A stretch of 64,000 nucleotides of DNA from Octopus sinensis (lineage: Eukaryota), in the NCBI RefSeq assembly GCF_006345805.1, contig NC_042998.1:70618001-70682000 (forward strand), written 5' to 3'. This document shows positions 40,119 through 54,662 of the stretch, in pieces. Positions within the stretch are counted from its first letter, which is position 1. Each line of letters begins with the position of its first letter. A program made the position numbers and the translations under genes. The notes beneath the pieces were generated by a model. It saw nothing but the letters and a program-made list of their open reading frames with translations. It searched no databases and was not told the DNA's origin.

Positions 40119-40490
40119 AGGCAGCGAACTGGCAGGACGGTTAGCACGCTGGACGAAATGATTAGCGGTATTTCGTCTGCCGTTACGTTCTGAGTTCAAA
40201 TTCCGCCGAATCGACTTTGCCTTTCATCCTTTCGGGGTCGATTAAATAAGTACCAGTTTCGCACTGGGGTCGATATAATCGACTTAATCCGCGTGTCTGT
40301 CTTGTTTGTACCCTCTGTGTTTAGTTCCTTGTGGGTAATAAAGAAATAGGTATTTCACCCGTCGCTAAGTTCTGAGTTCAAAGTCCGCCGAGGCCGACTT
40401 TGCCTTTCATTCTTTCGGGGTTCTGGGGTCGATGTAATCGACTAGTCCTCTCCCCTCAAATTTCGGGCCTTGTGTCTTTAAAAGAAAGGC
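40119..40490 (+). mobile_element. SINE family B
   Basis: Head GGCAGCGAACTGGCAG plus two core modules. Confidence 0.85.
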
Positions 40491-41601
40491 ATATAAGTAG
40501 TTGACTGACGTAAGTATCACATACTTCGACTGCACCGACTTAACAATTACTGCTTTATAGAATATATAAATAAATATCATCTATCTCATTATAACGACGA
40601 TGATGACAACCAAAATGGCGACAATCATGATGGCGACTAGGTTCTATCGGAACAGCGTTTTTGACATGGAAATCTATTTAGAATGGAATCCAGATTGTTC
40701 TTTTAAACTTGCTCTCGCGGCACAGTCCCCACAGACAAGTTTTCACCAGAAATTTCGAGTCCCGAGTCAATTGAGAGTTGCAAAAATTCTGTCATTTCAA
40801 TTCGTATTGTAGCTTTGCAATTCTGTTGGGATATGAATAACAGCAACAACAAAAACGATGACAAAGACGACGACGATGACGACGACAAAAAACAACAACA
40901 GTAGCAACAACAATAACAAAATCATTATGACGATGGCGTCGATAGGCATCAGCAACAGCAGCACTAGCAGCAGTAGCACCACCACTACTTCCACCATGAG
41001 CATCACAACCACTACTTCTACCACCACCAATACAGCCATCAGAACCACTACAATTTCCCACTCACTGCAACTACCACTACTATACTCAAAACCCTACCGC
41101 CATCATCACCATCTCTTCTATCCACACTACTTCCTCTAGTACTACCACCACCATCATCATCACTCATCACTCATCACCACTATCACTCCCATAACACCAC
41201 CACTATCAGCACCCCATCCAATCACCATCAGCAACAACACTGCCATCAACCTCTTCCAACAAAATCACTGTCTCGATACCAACTGCAATGCGTCCACCAA
41301 AACCATCACTGCATCACTATATTCATTACTACATCACTGCTGCTACTACCAACATAATATCACGCACACTTACTACAGCTATCACCAACGCGTGTTCACC
41401 ACCTCTTTTGCTATATCCACTACCATTACATCCCTATTACCGCTCTACCACTACCTTTACCCCCATTAATGAAAGGTATACAGAAATGTCATACTAACAA
41501 CAATTGTCCACTAATAGCGGTTTCATGAATACTGTCTGAAAAAATCGATATATATACATACATACATATATACATACATGCATGCATATATATATATATA
41601 T

Positions 41602-41635
<34 letters not shown>

Positions 41636-41676
41636 ATATTATATATATATATATATAATATATATATATATAATAT

Positions 41677-41719
<43 letters not shown>

Positions 41720-42448
41720 ATAATAATAATAACAATTATATATATATTTATTTATAAACAGAAAGAAAACAGCCTTTCAGAAATAAGTTTTAAAAGGTTT
41801 TAGATCAAGCAAACAGCATATTTTATAGCAAATGTTCTCATTTTGGTAAAGTTTGTATTCTTTTCTTCAGAATATTCTCAGAATTGTTTTACAAAGTGTT
41901 TAATCATTTTTGTTAAAAAAAGAAAAAATATTGAAAGCAGCAGATGACAAACCTATGGAAACAAATGACGACAAATTTATGTCTTCACACATAAATAGTT
42001 GCTAAAATATATAAATAAATAAAAAGAAAATATAAAAAACATTGATTAGGTACAGGTGTGTTTTTCATGGCACTCCATTAATAATATTTAGTAGACTATT
42101 AAGGTAAACATGTTTGATGATAATGTTTGTGTTTGAATGCTTCTTTCATTTAATGTGTCTGTTTAAAGCACAAATAGTTAAATTACAAAACTATAAGCTT
42201 TTTTATGAATTCATGTATATAAATGTTATATATATGGGAGACTCGAAGGAATAACAAATCTTAAGCTGGCTTAAGAGATAAAGCCAGTTTCTTCTGGTAA
42301 AGAAACAAATATAAATTGATTTAAATGGTCAAAGAACTGGCATTTCCATTCTTGTGACCTATTTTTTCTAATATTATTTACACAGACACAGACAGACACA
42401 CACACACACACACGTACGCATGCGCGGGTGTACACACATGCATGCACG

Positions 42449-42552
<104 letters not shown>

Positions 42553-42896
42553 AACACACACATGTATGCTAATTTTAATCCTGCCTGCAACTAGTAGCGA
42601 TACCAATGACTGATTAGTCAGTCACTAAAGACGAAATTTGGTTAGTATAATGTATATCTGCTGCAGACGAAACGCAAATAAGCAGAAATCACATGATCTA
42701 GCTATACGTCTATACGAGAAGAGTTCTCAAGACGAATAGCGCAGGATTATGGTGTTATTAAAGTATATCCATGTTACGTAGGATATAAAGGTTTCTATGC
42801 ATACATACATACATACGTACGTACGTATATACATACATACGTGCATGCATGCATACATAGATAATACATACATATATACATACATACATACATAGA

Positions 42897-43310
42897 AAGG
42901 GATACTGGTGGGATGTACCAGTGAAGACCTCAATAAAATGTAAGCAAAACAGACCAAGTCTAATGATTTGAAATAGAGAAGAGAAACTGTGCACAGTTGT
43001 AGAAATTAGCTGCCCGGCGGATGTTAACATAAAGCTGAAGATCAGTAGAAAAGAAAACACCTATGCTGAACTATCCAGATTACATGTTCAGGTTTATATC
43101 TGTAATTATTGGGGCCCTGGGATATGTAACATACTGCCTAAATACCAAACTTGAGAAATTAGGCGTCTCAAAACCAGAAAGGAGAAAGCTATTTCGAAGC
43201 CTACAGATCCAGTCTATCGCTGCAACTGTAAAAATCTGTAAAACTTTTCAGAAGTTTATCATTTAAACATATATGAGTATGTCTAGATATGCAGATATAT
43301 ATGCATCAGA
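42897..43310 (+). mobile_element. RLE-type non-LTR retrotransposon 3' fragment, subfamily D, in an (ATAC)n tract
   Basis: WWDVPVKTSIKCKQNRP...REEKLCTVVEISCPADVNI...FISVIIGALG...TVKICKTFQKFII*; (ATAC)n at both junctions. Confidence 0.75.
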
Positions 43311-43389
43311 ATACATACATAAAACATACATACATACATACATACATACATACATACATACATACATACATACATACATACATACATAC

Positions 43390-43627
43390 ATCATGTGATC
43401 GACCATATTATTGCATGTTGTTGTACATCACTGGTCACAATACGAATCGTGTCGTTTTAGCTTTCGAACGATGCCACCTTGCTGGTTGGGTGAGCAGGCC
43501 AGCTGAGTGGGCTGGAAAAACCTGAAATGAAGGGCTTTGCTCAAAAGCACAGCATGCTGCCGGTCTGGAAATCGAAACCACGATCACATGATCGTGGGTT
43601 CAACACGTTTAACCACCAGGCTGCGCG

Positions 43628-43635
<8 letters not shown>
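43390..43635 (-). mobile_element. SINE family D
   Basis: Homologous to 28770-29045. Confidence 0.65.
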
Positions 43636-43722
<87 letters not shown>

Positions 43723-45341
43723 ATACATACACGTGTATATGTAACGAGTTTCAAGTTTTCAATTTTGTTGGTAAGTGGAACATCTTTAAGCGACAACTTT
43801 AATTTCATTTTCTCCATTCCCATGTCACTGGAAAAAGCATATAGTATTTTGCGTTTGAAATGAGTTCTCATCGCTAGCTGGTGATTATCACACACTGCTG
43901 GCGGGTTAGTATCCAGAAACCCGGGTCTGTGTGTATCACGTAAAGCTAGAGATGGGAACGATGATTTCCCTTCGTAAATACTATATGGGAACGTCGTTGA
44001 CATCTACTGTTGACTTCTCGCTCGGAGATTTAATATTGCTTTATATATTATATATAAACATTAGATAAATGGAGCCTCCGTCACTGTCATCAGTGTAGAA
44101 TATATATATATATATATATTATCGCTCTGTATATATTAGTTGAATCATTTCACTAATGAAGTACCTGCTTAGTAATAAAGAAATTAAGCATTGTAATTAT
44201 GATAACAATGGTGAATTAATTATGAATGTTGGTGCCAGGTGGAGACGAAAGCGAGCGAACATGTATGTATGGTATAAAAATATATCTAATCTAAGCCATT
44301 CTAAGTCATTTTGTAGATCTGTGTTAGATTATACTTTCTGGAAAGTGTCTAATAAAATTGAAAAATGTCCACAATTGACAAATTTTCGGTCAAAGGTCAG
44401 CCTCATTCACCCCCAGTTGCATATTACTATTTCATTTTTAATGAATTTTGTCATTAATCCTAATGTCTCTAATAGGTGTAACATCAGATGTTTAATTAAT
44501 TTTCCCTCACTACCTTAAGTATATTAGCCACCATAAGCTAAAAATATCTATCTTTCGAACCCACTGTCTCTCTGTTTGGCAGCATATACGTGTCTCAATA
44601 GACTCAAGTTTTTCTTACGTAAGCCAAAGCATACTCACATACACGCATATATACATACACCCATCCACATATGTCTAGCTGCAACTTTTCATATATGTAT
44701 CTATCTTCGCTCCATCTTACACAAACCTCGTTCTCTGTCCCTCCACCTCCATATCGTATATCCATCTTTGTCTGTTTGCAATCATAATAGTATGCGACTA
44801 TCTTCACCTTTCTACTCTTAGATCTCTCTCTCTCTCTCCCGTTCTCTATCTCTCTCTCTCTCTCGCTCTCCACACACACGTGGACGCAGAAACCCACGCA
44901 CTAAACCTTCATCTTATATCTCTTTCACTATATTTCACTCATCGCTAACATATATCTAGCATAAAGCACTTTATATTTGTCGTGTTTATTTGATAAAATA
45001 AACATTGTCACTAGCTGAAGTCCTGCTTGAAGGCACTGAAAGCATCTTCATTATGCTGTCCGTGATAAAACACTCACAAAAGTCTATCTTTTACCAATCA
45101 ACACAGAGTCTATCAAATTGGCGAAATGTCTTATTCTCTACAGAACAATGCCGATATTGAATTTAACCCATGACCTTTACAATAAAAATTTTAACTATTC
45201 AGAAGCTAATATAGTTGCTTGTATCGAACTGAATATGTTTAAATAAATAGTTTCTTGTCGGCAACTTTCTATCCTTTGTTTTCTTCCCCAACTCCTGTAC
45301 ATTGCACTAACTCTGTTCATACACACACATAAAGACACACT

Positions 45342-45403
<62 letters not shown>

Positions 45404-45635
45404 CCGTATGTAGATGTATACACACGTTACAATACATGTTTCTCCACCATGTGTGTGCGTACGTATGTGCGTGTGTGTGTATGAGTGTGTGCATGTATCA
45501 GATAGATGTATATGAACCTAGACAGCACAATGTGGCTTCAACTACGTGAAGTATTTAACCACCAATGGTGCACAGCAGCTCAAAAAGTAATCGGTGCTAT
45601 AACTTCATGTGAATTAAACAAACAAAAAGAAGGAA

Positions 45636-45685
<50 letters not shown>

Positions 45686-45849
45686 AAAAATTATGGAATA
45701 TCTATCATAAGCTACCTTGCGGCACATCTAGATGCTTTACAGTCAATGTTGCACTAAAGACAGTTAGACGGGTTGCCACGCAACATAGAGCATTTATTAA
45801 CGTCATGAGTGACTCGTATATGAATTGAACAAGAATGGTCATTGAAACG

Positions 45850-46590
45850 ATACATACATACATACATACATACATACATACATACATACATACATACACA
45901 CATACATACATACATACATACATACACACACACATACATACATACATACATACATACATACACACACACACATGCATACATACATACATACATACATACA
46001 TACATACATACACACACACATGCATACATACATGCATGCATACATACATACATACACACATACATACATACATACATACACACATACATACATACACACA
46101 CACATGCATACATACATACATGCATGCATGCATACATACATACATACATACATACATACATACATACATACATACATACATACATACATACATGTATGCA
46201 TGCATACACACATACATACATGCATGCATGAATGCATGCATACATACATGCATGCATGCATGCATACATACATACATACATACATATATACATACATACA
46301 TGCATGCATGCATGCATGCATGCATACACACATACATACATGCATGCATGAATGCATGCATACATACATGCATGCATGCATGCATACATACATATATACA
46401 TACATGCATGCATACATACATACATACATACATACATACATGCATGCATGCATGCATGCATGCATGCATACATACATACATACATACATGCATACATACA
46501 TACATACATACATACATACATCCATCCATCCATCCATACATACATACATACATACATACATACATACATACATACATACATACATACAGA
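45850..46590. repeat. (TACA)n/(TGCA)n compound array with a 120-bp higher-order repeat
   Basis: 46201-46260 is identical to 46321-46380. Confidence 0.95.
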
Positions 46591-46689
46591 AGTTGGATAG
46601 AATAATGAAAACATGTTAAATGGAAATCTTAATATTCATTACGTAAGTTGTTCCAACTGTGACATCAATCTCAGCTTTAATATATCGAG

Positions 46690-47510
46690 GAATTGACTTG
46701 TACAGGTTCTGAACGGTTGTTAGGGGAATTTTGAGCCAATTATTCTAGTAAAATTTTACTTTAGCTTTATCGTTTTCGATGGCCGGGAGAAGTGGAACCT
46801 AACTAACTGATGAAAATGCACTATAAATGTTTGATTATATTAAGATCCAAATGGAACATTTTGTGCCCTTCATGCCAATTTTGAATAACATTAGCCATGC
46901 GAAATCGGTGCCTCAACACCCTGGATGGTTGTTATCATCAGGGAACAATGTTTGTACTATCGGACGAACATAATCAGCTAAAATACTCAGATAATCCTTC
47001 GTGTTAACTCTGTTATGTAGAACAACCAAAGGGCGCAGAGAAATGATATGGATGCCCAAGTAATCACAGGGCCACCTCCATGCTTTACAGTAAGGGCAGA
47101 CACTCAGGGTAGAAGGCTTTTGTGGCTGTCTTTGAACATCAACTAGCCCCGAAGTAAGAAGAAAAGTTCCATTGAGCGATTGACCACTTCTAATAATAGA
47201 CATAATTTTACCCGCTCATCAATGTTAATAGAACAGAAAAAGTTTAGCAGTTGTAGCCTTTCGATGGTATCCAGGTTTAAGGAGCTTTCGACAAACAGTT
47301 TTGGTTGACACAAGGTTAGCATGGTGGTGCTCTGTTGTCACTTTTCCTATCGTGGTTCGAAGATATTAAGACATTATGCGTTTAACTATACAACACTCCC
47401 TCTCCATGAGCTTTGTCTTCCGTCCTTAGTTATGCCTGCCAGAATTGCTTTCACCTTGGTTTTGGAATGCCAACATGGTTTTAAAGACTGTACCTCTTCA
47501 AACATTAAAC
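46690..47510 (-). mobile_element. Tc1-family transposase remnant
   Basis: VSTKTVCR.L, TVKHGGG.V..W and RPLVVLHNRVNTKDYLSILADYVRPIVQTLFPDD segments on the minus strand; frameshifted. Confidence 0.75.
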
Positions 47511-47526
47511 AATTATAGTCTCAATG

Positions 47527-48635
<1,109 letters not shown>

Positions 48636-51005
48636 TAACGTAAAAGATCGATTCAACAATTTTAGTGACTGAAGCTCTAACCATCCACCCTCCAACAATT
48701 TATTTTCTTCGAAAAACAGTTTGGTCTTACACACACACACACACAATTCGGTGTGCTACTGGAAACGTCAGAGGACAGACCGTTCTATAGCTACTGCAGG
48801 GAACAAGAATAAAGTAAAATATTTTAACTGGATTTAAAACTTACTAAATTGCACTTTATTTATTGTATTGTTAGTTGAATAACTTCCTTTTAACTATTCA
48901 TCATCATAATTCCTTATGCTTTTTGTTTATCCTCTAAAAAAGTATTCTTTTGGCATGATCCCTATTTTTTATCGGAATGCGATCAGCTGCTGACTTTGTA
49001 CGTTATTTATCATGTCTCTCCCTTCATCCTGCTGTGGAGTGGAGTGTATATTGAAAACTTATTTATTTCAGGATGCATTTATATAAAACTGCATGCAGTG
49101 TTGGGTGAAGTAGATTCCCCTGAAAAAAATGTGACCGGAAACATCTTAACCACATTGTAAGCCGCATTTAATATTGTTATTTAATCATGGATTGTAATGA
49201 TTACGGTATCGTAATTATATATAAACGTGTGGGTGTATGTGTGCTTGTGTTGATATATATGTGTGTGGTGGAGTGACTATGTATAAGGGATTCTGAAAGC
49301 GTTCCTGAAAGCAAGAAGAAATATATTGACTGTATGCATGAATATTTAGTTCGTTCTCTTGGAATGGAATTACAAACAAGAAAATCAGATTATAAGAAAT
49401 ATAATCTTTATTGAGAAGAATTATGTGTGAATTCAGATGTAATTGAGTTAATAATGTTGGCAACAAGATTCCACAAAGTTCGCATAGTTTTCAGCTTAAG
49501 TCAGAGAAGTTTGGAAAGCAGAACTTAAATCATCAGAATATCTACGGGCGATTAGTCGTTTCTGATTGACTTTTGGTTGTTCTGTAAATTGTGGCGAGAC
49601 ATTGTTTCGTCGTTTTATAATTTGTGAGAATGTATATGTGTGAGTATGTATGTTTGTTTCAGTGTATGTGAGAGATTTTCTGTTTTGAATATGTGTGTAT
49701 GTCATCGTCTGTGATAAATGGTTTTGCAGGTGTTATTGAGATGGTAAATATGTCTGGAATCGAAAGATATAGGCTCCATATTATATCTGAATCTTAAAAT
49801 GTCTTGTTCAAAAGCTTTGGTTGTAATGGGCTCCACCAAAATAGGAATGTCTTTTAGAGTCTTGTAACTAATGGGATTTAACTCTTCTTATCTCACATAT
49901 AAGAAGTGAGTTCTGATATTTGGGGCTGGGCTCCTTTATCAAAGTAAAATAAAGTGCGTAAATAAACGCTAACACATTAAAAGGGACACTTACTATCTCT
50001 TCGAAGAAAGGAGCTGTACTTAATGTCAAAACCCAAATCTTCCGAGCTTACTTATGTATTTTGTTAACAGTTTCTTTGTTTTACCATATCAGATCATTAC
50101 TGGTTTCTTCTAATAAAGTTGGAGGCATGATACCATGAAGTTAGCAGAACTTTCTGTTTGAGTCAATGAAGTCAGAAAAACAGAACTTAAATAAGCGGAG
50201 TATTTACGGGTGATTGCTTCTTTTTTTTTCTGATTGATTTCTAACTGTTCAGTGAATTGAACGAGACAGTGCTTCGTTTCTAATTTATGGGAATGTATCC
50301 ACGAATGTGTGTTTAAATTCTTTGCGAACATGTGTTAATACAAATAGTTGTATATATATTATCAAAGTATGTTCGCTCTCCATTCGTTTTTCCAGGTCAT
50401 ACTTGAGAAGATGTGATAAAATTAAATGAAGGTTTGCCACTTAATGTTTTTATATCATAGACTAAACTTGCAGTTTTCGTCTCAAATCTTGGGTTTCTTT
50501 CCTCTTTGATATCGAATAATAACTTTAGATTTTACATGTAAAACAGTAAAAAGTACTTACACATCGAGTAATGGGCAGCCGTCATTTATATATATATATA
50601 TATATATATAAGAAATTAAAGAAGAAAAATGCATACACGTTACATAGTTTTAATATAATTTTTAATATATCTTATATTGTTTATCGACCGGTTTCGCTTT
50701 CGCTAATCATAACATTGAAATTTATTTATATAAGTATTTTCTTCAGAAAAATCTTTTGTCCAAGTTGTGTGTGGAGTTTATTAAAGAATGATTTCTTTAG
50801 ATTTTTCTACTTGTGAAATCATTCATTAATAAACTCTACAAACACGGACAAAATATTTTTCTGAAGAAAATATGTATTCTAGGGACAATAGTGATTTATT
50901 GAGGGTTTATAGTGGGATTTTTCGTATTGAAGTACTATAAGTTGAAATTTTTTTAATGTATTTCCCGGTACGTAACCACTGTTACCGGGTATGCGAATAA
51001 GAATA

Positions 51006-51334
51006 CAGGAGTTAAGGAATGGAGTAAACAAGATCCGGGATACATATGTTTCATAGCAAGCGGAACCTCGGAGGTGGTAGATATCCAGGTGAAGTGCATA
51101 CCGCAGGTTAATCGTCAGGCCAAGAGTATCTTGATTAACACGTACCTCCTTGCGACACACGCATGTGTTAAAATTTATCTCCTTGTGACAATGTAAACTT
51201 TATTTAATCAAGATACCCTTGACCTGTCATGTAGCTGCAGTATACATCTCGCTTGGATATCTACCACCTCCGAGGTTCCGTTCGTTGTGATACATATGCA
51301 ACCCGGATCTTATCTACTCCATTCCGTAACTCTT

Positions 51335-51335
<1 letters not shown>
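51006..51335. mobile_element. MITE with ~133-bp terminal inverted repeats and TA flanks (Tc1/mariner-type)
   Basis: Arms 51006-51138 and 51204-51335 are imperfect inverted repeats with a perfect core CGGAACCTCGGAGGTGGTAGATATCC; TA at 51004-51005 and 51336-51337. Confidence 0.85.
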
Positions 51336-51369
<34 letters not shown>

Positions 51370-52578
51370 CATATATATATATTCATACTTACATACATAT
51401 ATGTATATATATATTTTATATAACTGTATAAGTATGTATATGCATATATGTACATTTATGTACACGTATATATATGTATATATGTACGCATATATACATA
51501 TATACATACGTATACATATATGCTGTCTCGATAATATGTCCATGATGCATTATTTCTCATATTTATTCCCAGGTCACGTACCGAGTCTGACTTTGAAATC
51601 TCAAACTCCTCAAGTCCTCTGCATCGAGTTTATGGAGTACTTATGAGCTGGGGGTGAAGGGCTTAGGGTTTTCTATCGAGAAGGGAGGCCAAATCTATGC
51701 AACAAGCAATAAACTCTGAAGAGTGCCACTCACTTCCGAAATATAGATGCGTATATAGAAAAAAAGTTGAAAGATTCTTTTTGTCACTGTGATACCACAA
51801 TACCTACGTCAGCGGTTATTAAGCCAGGACTGAAAAATTTTGCTGATGAAGTATATTAAAACATTTGGAATGTTCACAAGAACTGACTATGGCGATCCCC
51901 TTATCTTTTATCTTTTACTTGTTTCAGTCATTGGGCTGCAACCACATTGGAGCATCACGTTCAAGGGTTTAGTCGATCCTGGTATTTATTTTTTAAAGCC
52001 TGGAACTTATTCTATCGGTTTCTTCTTGATATTTTATTAAAAAGAAAAAAAAATTAACCCTAGACCGTCTGCTTTGCTATTTCCTTTTAATGATATATAA
52101 CACGGCAAGATATAAGAAAGCAGTTTATAACAAAGAATGGAACTTACCATGAATTTAATTAAATGATTAATTAATTTTCAGAAATTTAATTAATTACTTG
52201 TTCTTTTTACATAATTCTTCATGCTATTTATCGTGTAATTACACCTGTTTATTTAATAAATGTTTGTATCTTTTATATCTTTGTGAGGAAGAGATTTTTC
52301 AATGATCAGTAGATTTCTTTTATTTATTAATGTTTTTTTATTCTGTCTATTTGATTTTATTATTTATTAGCTTATTGTACTGTCATGGGGTTGTTTTTGT
52401 TATATGCATTCACTTTATATTGATAATTTGTGCTTTATTAACTTTTCAAGAGAAGTTTTGAGAGATTTTCGGACTTTGTTGAAGTTTTAGAACTTATAAT
52501 TGATGTGCAAACGAAATTTTGTGGCAATGAATAATGTTCTGAAAGAGGTTCGAGTCGTTAACAAAGGATCGACAAAGT

Positions 52579-52928
52579 CTTTTACTTGTTTTAGTCATTG
52601 GACTGTGGCCATGCTAGGGCATTCAATCGAAGGGTTTTAGTCGAACAAATCGACTCCAGTAGTTATTCTATCAGTCTCATAAACCGAACCACCAAGTTAA
52701 AAGACCTAAACAAACCAACACTGATTGTAAAGCATTAGGAGAAAAACGCAAAGAGGTGCACACATCGACACATACACACACATATACTTCAAATATATGA
52801 CAGGCTTCTTTCAGTTTCCGCCTACAAAATCCATTCACGAGAATTTGGTCGAACCGAGGCTATAGTAAAAGACACTTGCATAAAGTTTCTCACAGTGGAA
52901 CTGAACCCGGAATCGTGTGGTTGGGAAG
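52579..52928 (-). mobile_element. SINE family A, left part (continues at 54663-54700)
   Basis: Sequence stops at GTGGTTGGGAAG and resumes as GGAAGCGAGTTTCTTACCACACAG after a 1.73-kb insert. Confidence 0.8.
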
Positions 52929-54662
52929 ACTACATCTTTATTTCATTATAAGGCCTTACATAGAGAAAGGAAGCTGCGGGCTGGACACAGACATAATGTT
53001 ATATAAAATGAAAAATGAAAATGATGATTAATGGAGGAAACAAGCGCCGACGTCCGTCGATCGTTGTTTCCCGAGAACATTGGTCTCTTATATATCATGA
53101 GGCAACAAACCTCTTACACTGTTCACAATATTCAATAACAAAATGAGGCTCTAAGCCTCTTACCTTTTTTTCCCAACTTGGAACTTTCAATAACACTGAG
53201 GCTTTTCAAACCTCTTATCCATATTCCTCTCCAACATTGCTTGTGACCATATACTCCGCCATCACCCACGCCTCATTCAAGCACAAAGCGGGTGCCGTGT
53301 CGGCGTCGCCCTGCCACAAGCGATATTCCTCATTGAGTCACTCCAGCTTACACAACACGGGCAACGTTATGACCTCCACAGCTATCTGCGGTGGCCATTC
53401 AAGATTCCGTGTGCAGGCTATAGGTACTCCCTTATGGTGCTTTTCCAACACGTTCTCCACCTCTCCGCCTCTGTAGAAGACCAATAATTTATCTTCCTCC
53501 GGGGACAAGGTAGTCACTTCTACCATCGGCGGCACAAATCCCATCGACGGTGTCTCTTCCCCTGCCAGTGGCACAACCTTCACCGTCGTCCCTCAAGAAT
53601 CACCGGGTTCCTGCACCCGGCCATTTTCAAAAAATCTGGAAAAACTAGATTCTTGGCTGATTCGGTCCACAGGGTCAAAACAGCTTTTGACCCCACCCAA
53701 TCAGCTGCAGGCAAAATTTTTACATTGAGGAGCTTGGCTCCGCTGCTACCCAGATCCCGGCGGATAGTGTTATCTATCCACTCTGGTTCAATTCCGGGTG
53801 GCAGCCCACGGAACTTAATAATTTGCCCTTCTAAGGACTGGCTCGCAAATTTGCGAGCCACTTCAGGGGTGTCAAACATCAACCACACCGTTGCGTACTT
53901 AACACCCCTGGCAATAAACTTAATAGTTGGCAGATATGCTGCCAACTCTTTTTCAATTTCATTTGGGAAAGACCATAATGGTGTCGAATGACTTAGAATA
54001 AGTCCTCAACACCTCCGTTCACTCATTTAAGTCTTTTAACCACTGCTTGGATGGAACTATCTCTCACTTCAACACAGAGTCTTGTTTCTTCGCCATATTC
54101 TTGGAAGAAAACAAAGATCAACGTAAATTCACAAACGGAAAGAAAACAGTTCGAGAAAAAAGTTCAAAATAAGAAAGTTACAAAAAAAGAAGGAAAGAAA
54201 ACAGTTCAAGAAAAGAAAATTTCAAAAAGAAAGTCGCAAAACGGAAGGAAAACACTTCAAAAACACAGCAGACACAAATTTTCTGGCCACTGGGTACTTC
54301 AGGCCAAAGGTACTCCAATTCGAAACTGGAACGCAGCAACCGGAAAACAGCTTCCACAAATTTCACAAAAATTAGTGAAAAAATCCACTGTTTTTGGATG
54401 CGAGATACGCCCCCAAAACAACAATTCTCACAATTAAGTGAGAAAAACTATTTTCTCAACTGTAGGCAGACCAGAGTCCAGAATCCAGTGAGGAATATTT
54501 GTTTGTACAAAAATAATTACAGCAAACAACAAACTCCCACTGGACCCAAAATACAAAAGTCTTACCTTACAGTTGAGCTTCTTTTTCTGTCAATATTTCG
54601 CCTGCTGCAAACCAGCGTGACGACTTCTACGGTGTACGAACAGCACTAACACAGTCGGAAGC
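52929..54662 (-). mobile_element. 1734-bp insertion encoding only a decayed ORF1/gag-like protein
   Basis: Flanked by GGAAG (52924-52928, 54663-54667). ORF from ATG 54096 has TGA stops and a frameshift (…EIEKELAAYLPTIKF…IIKFRGLPPGIEPEWI…PVILEGRR). AATAAA lies ~10 nt from the 3' end. No RT motifs seen. Confidence 0.7.

Noticed and set aside
40590-40830. CAAAATGGCG (YY1-like) motif and 70-aa ORF
   Set aside because: Single short motif beside (GAT/GAC)n low complexity; expected by chance; peptide not recognised.
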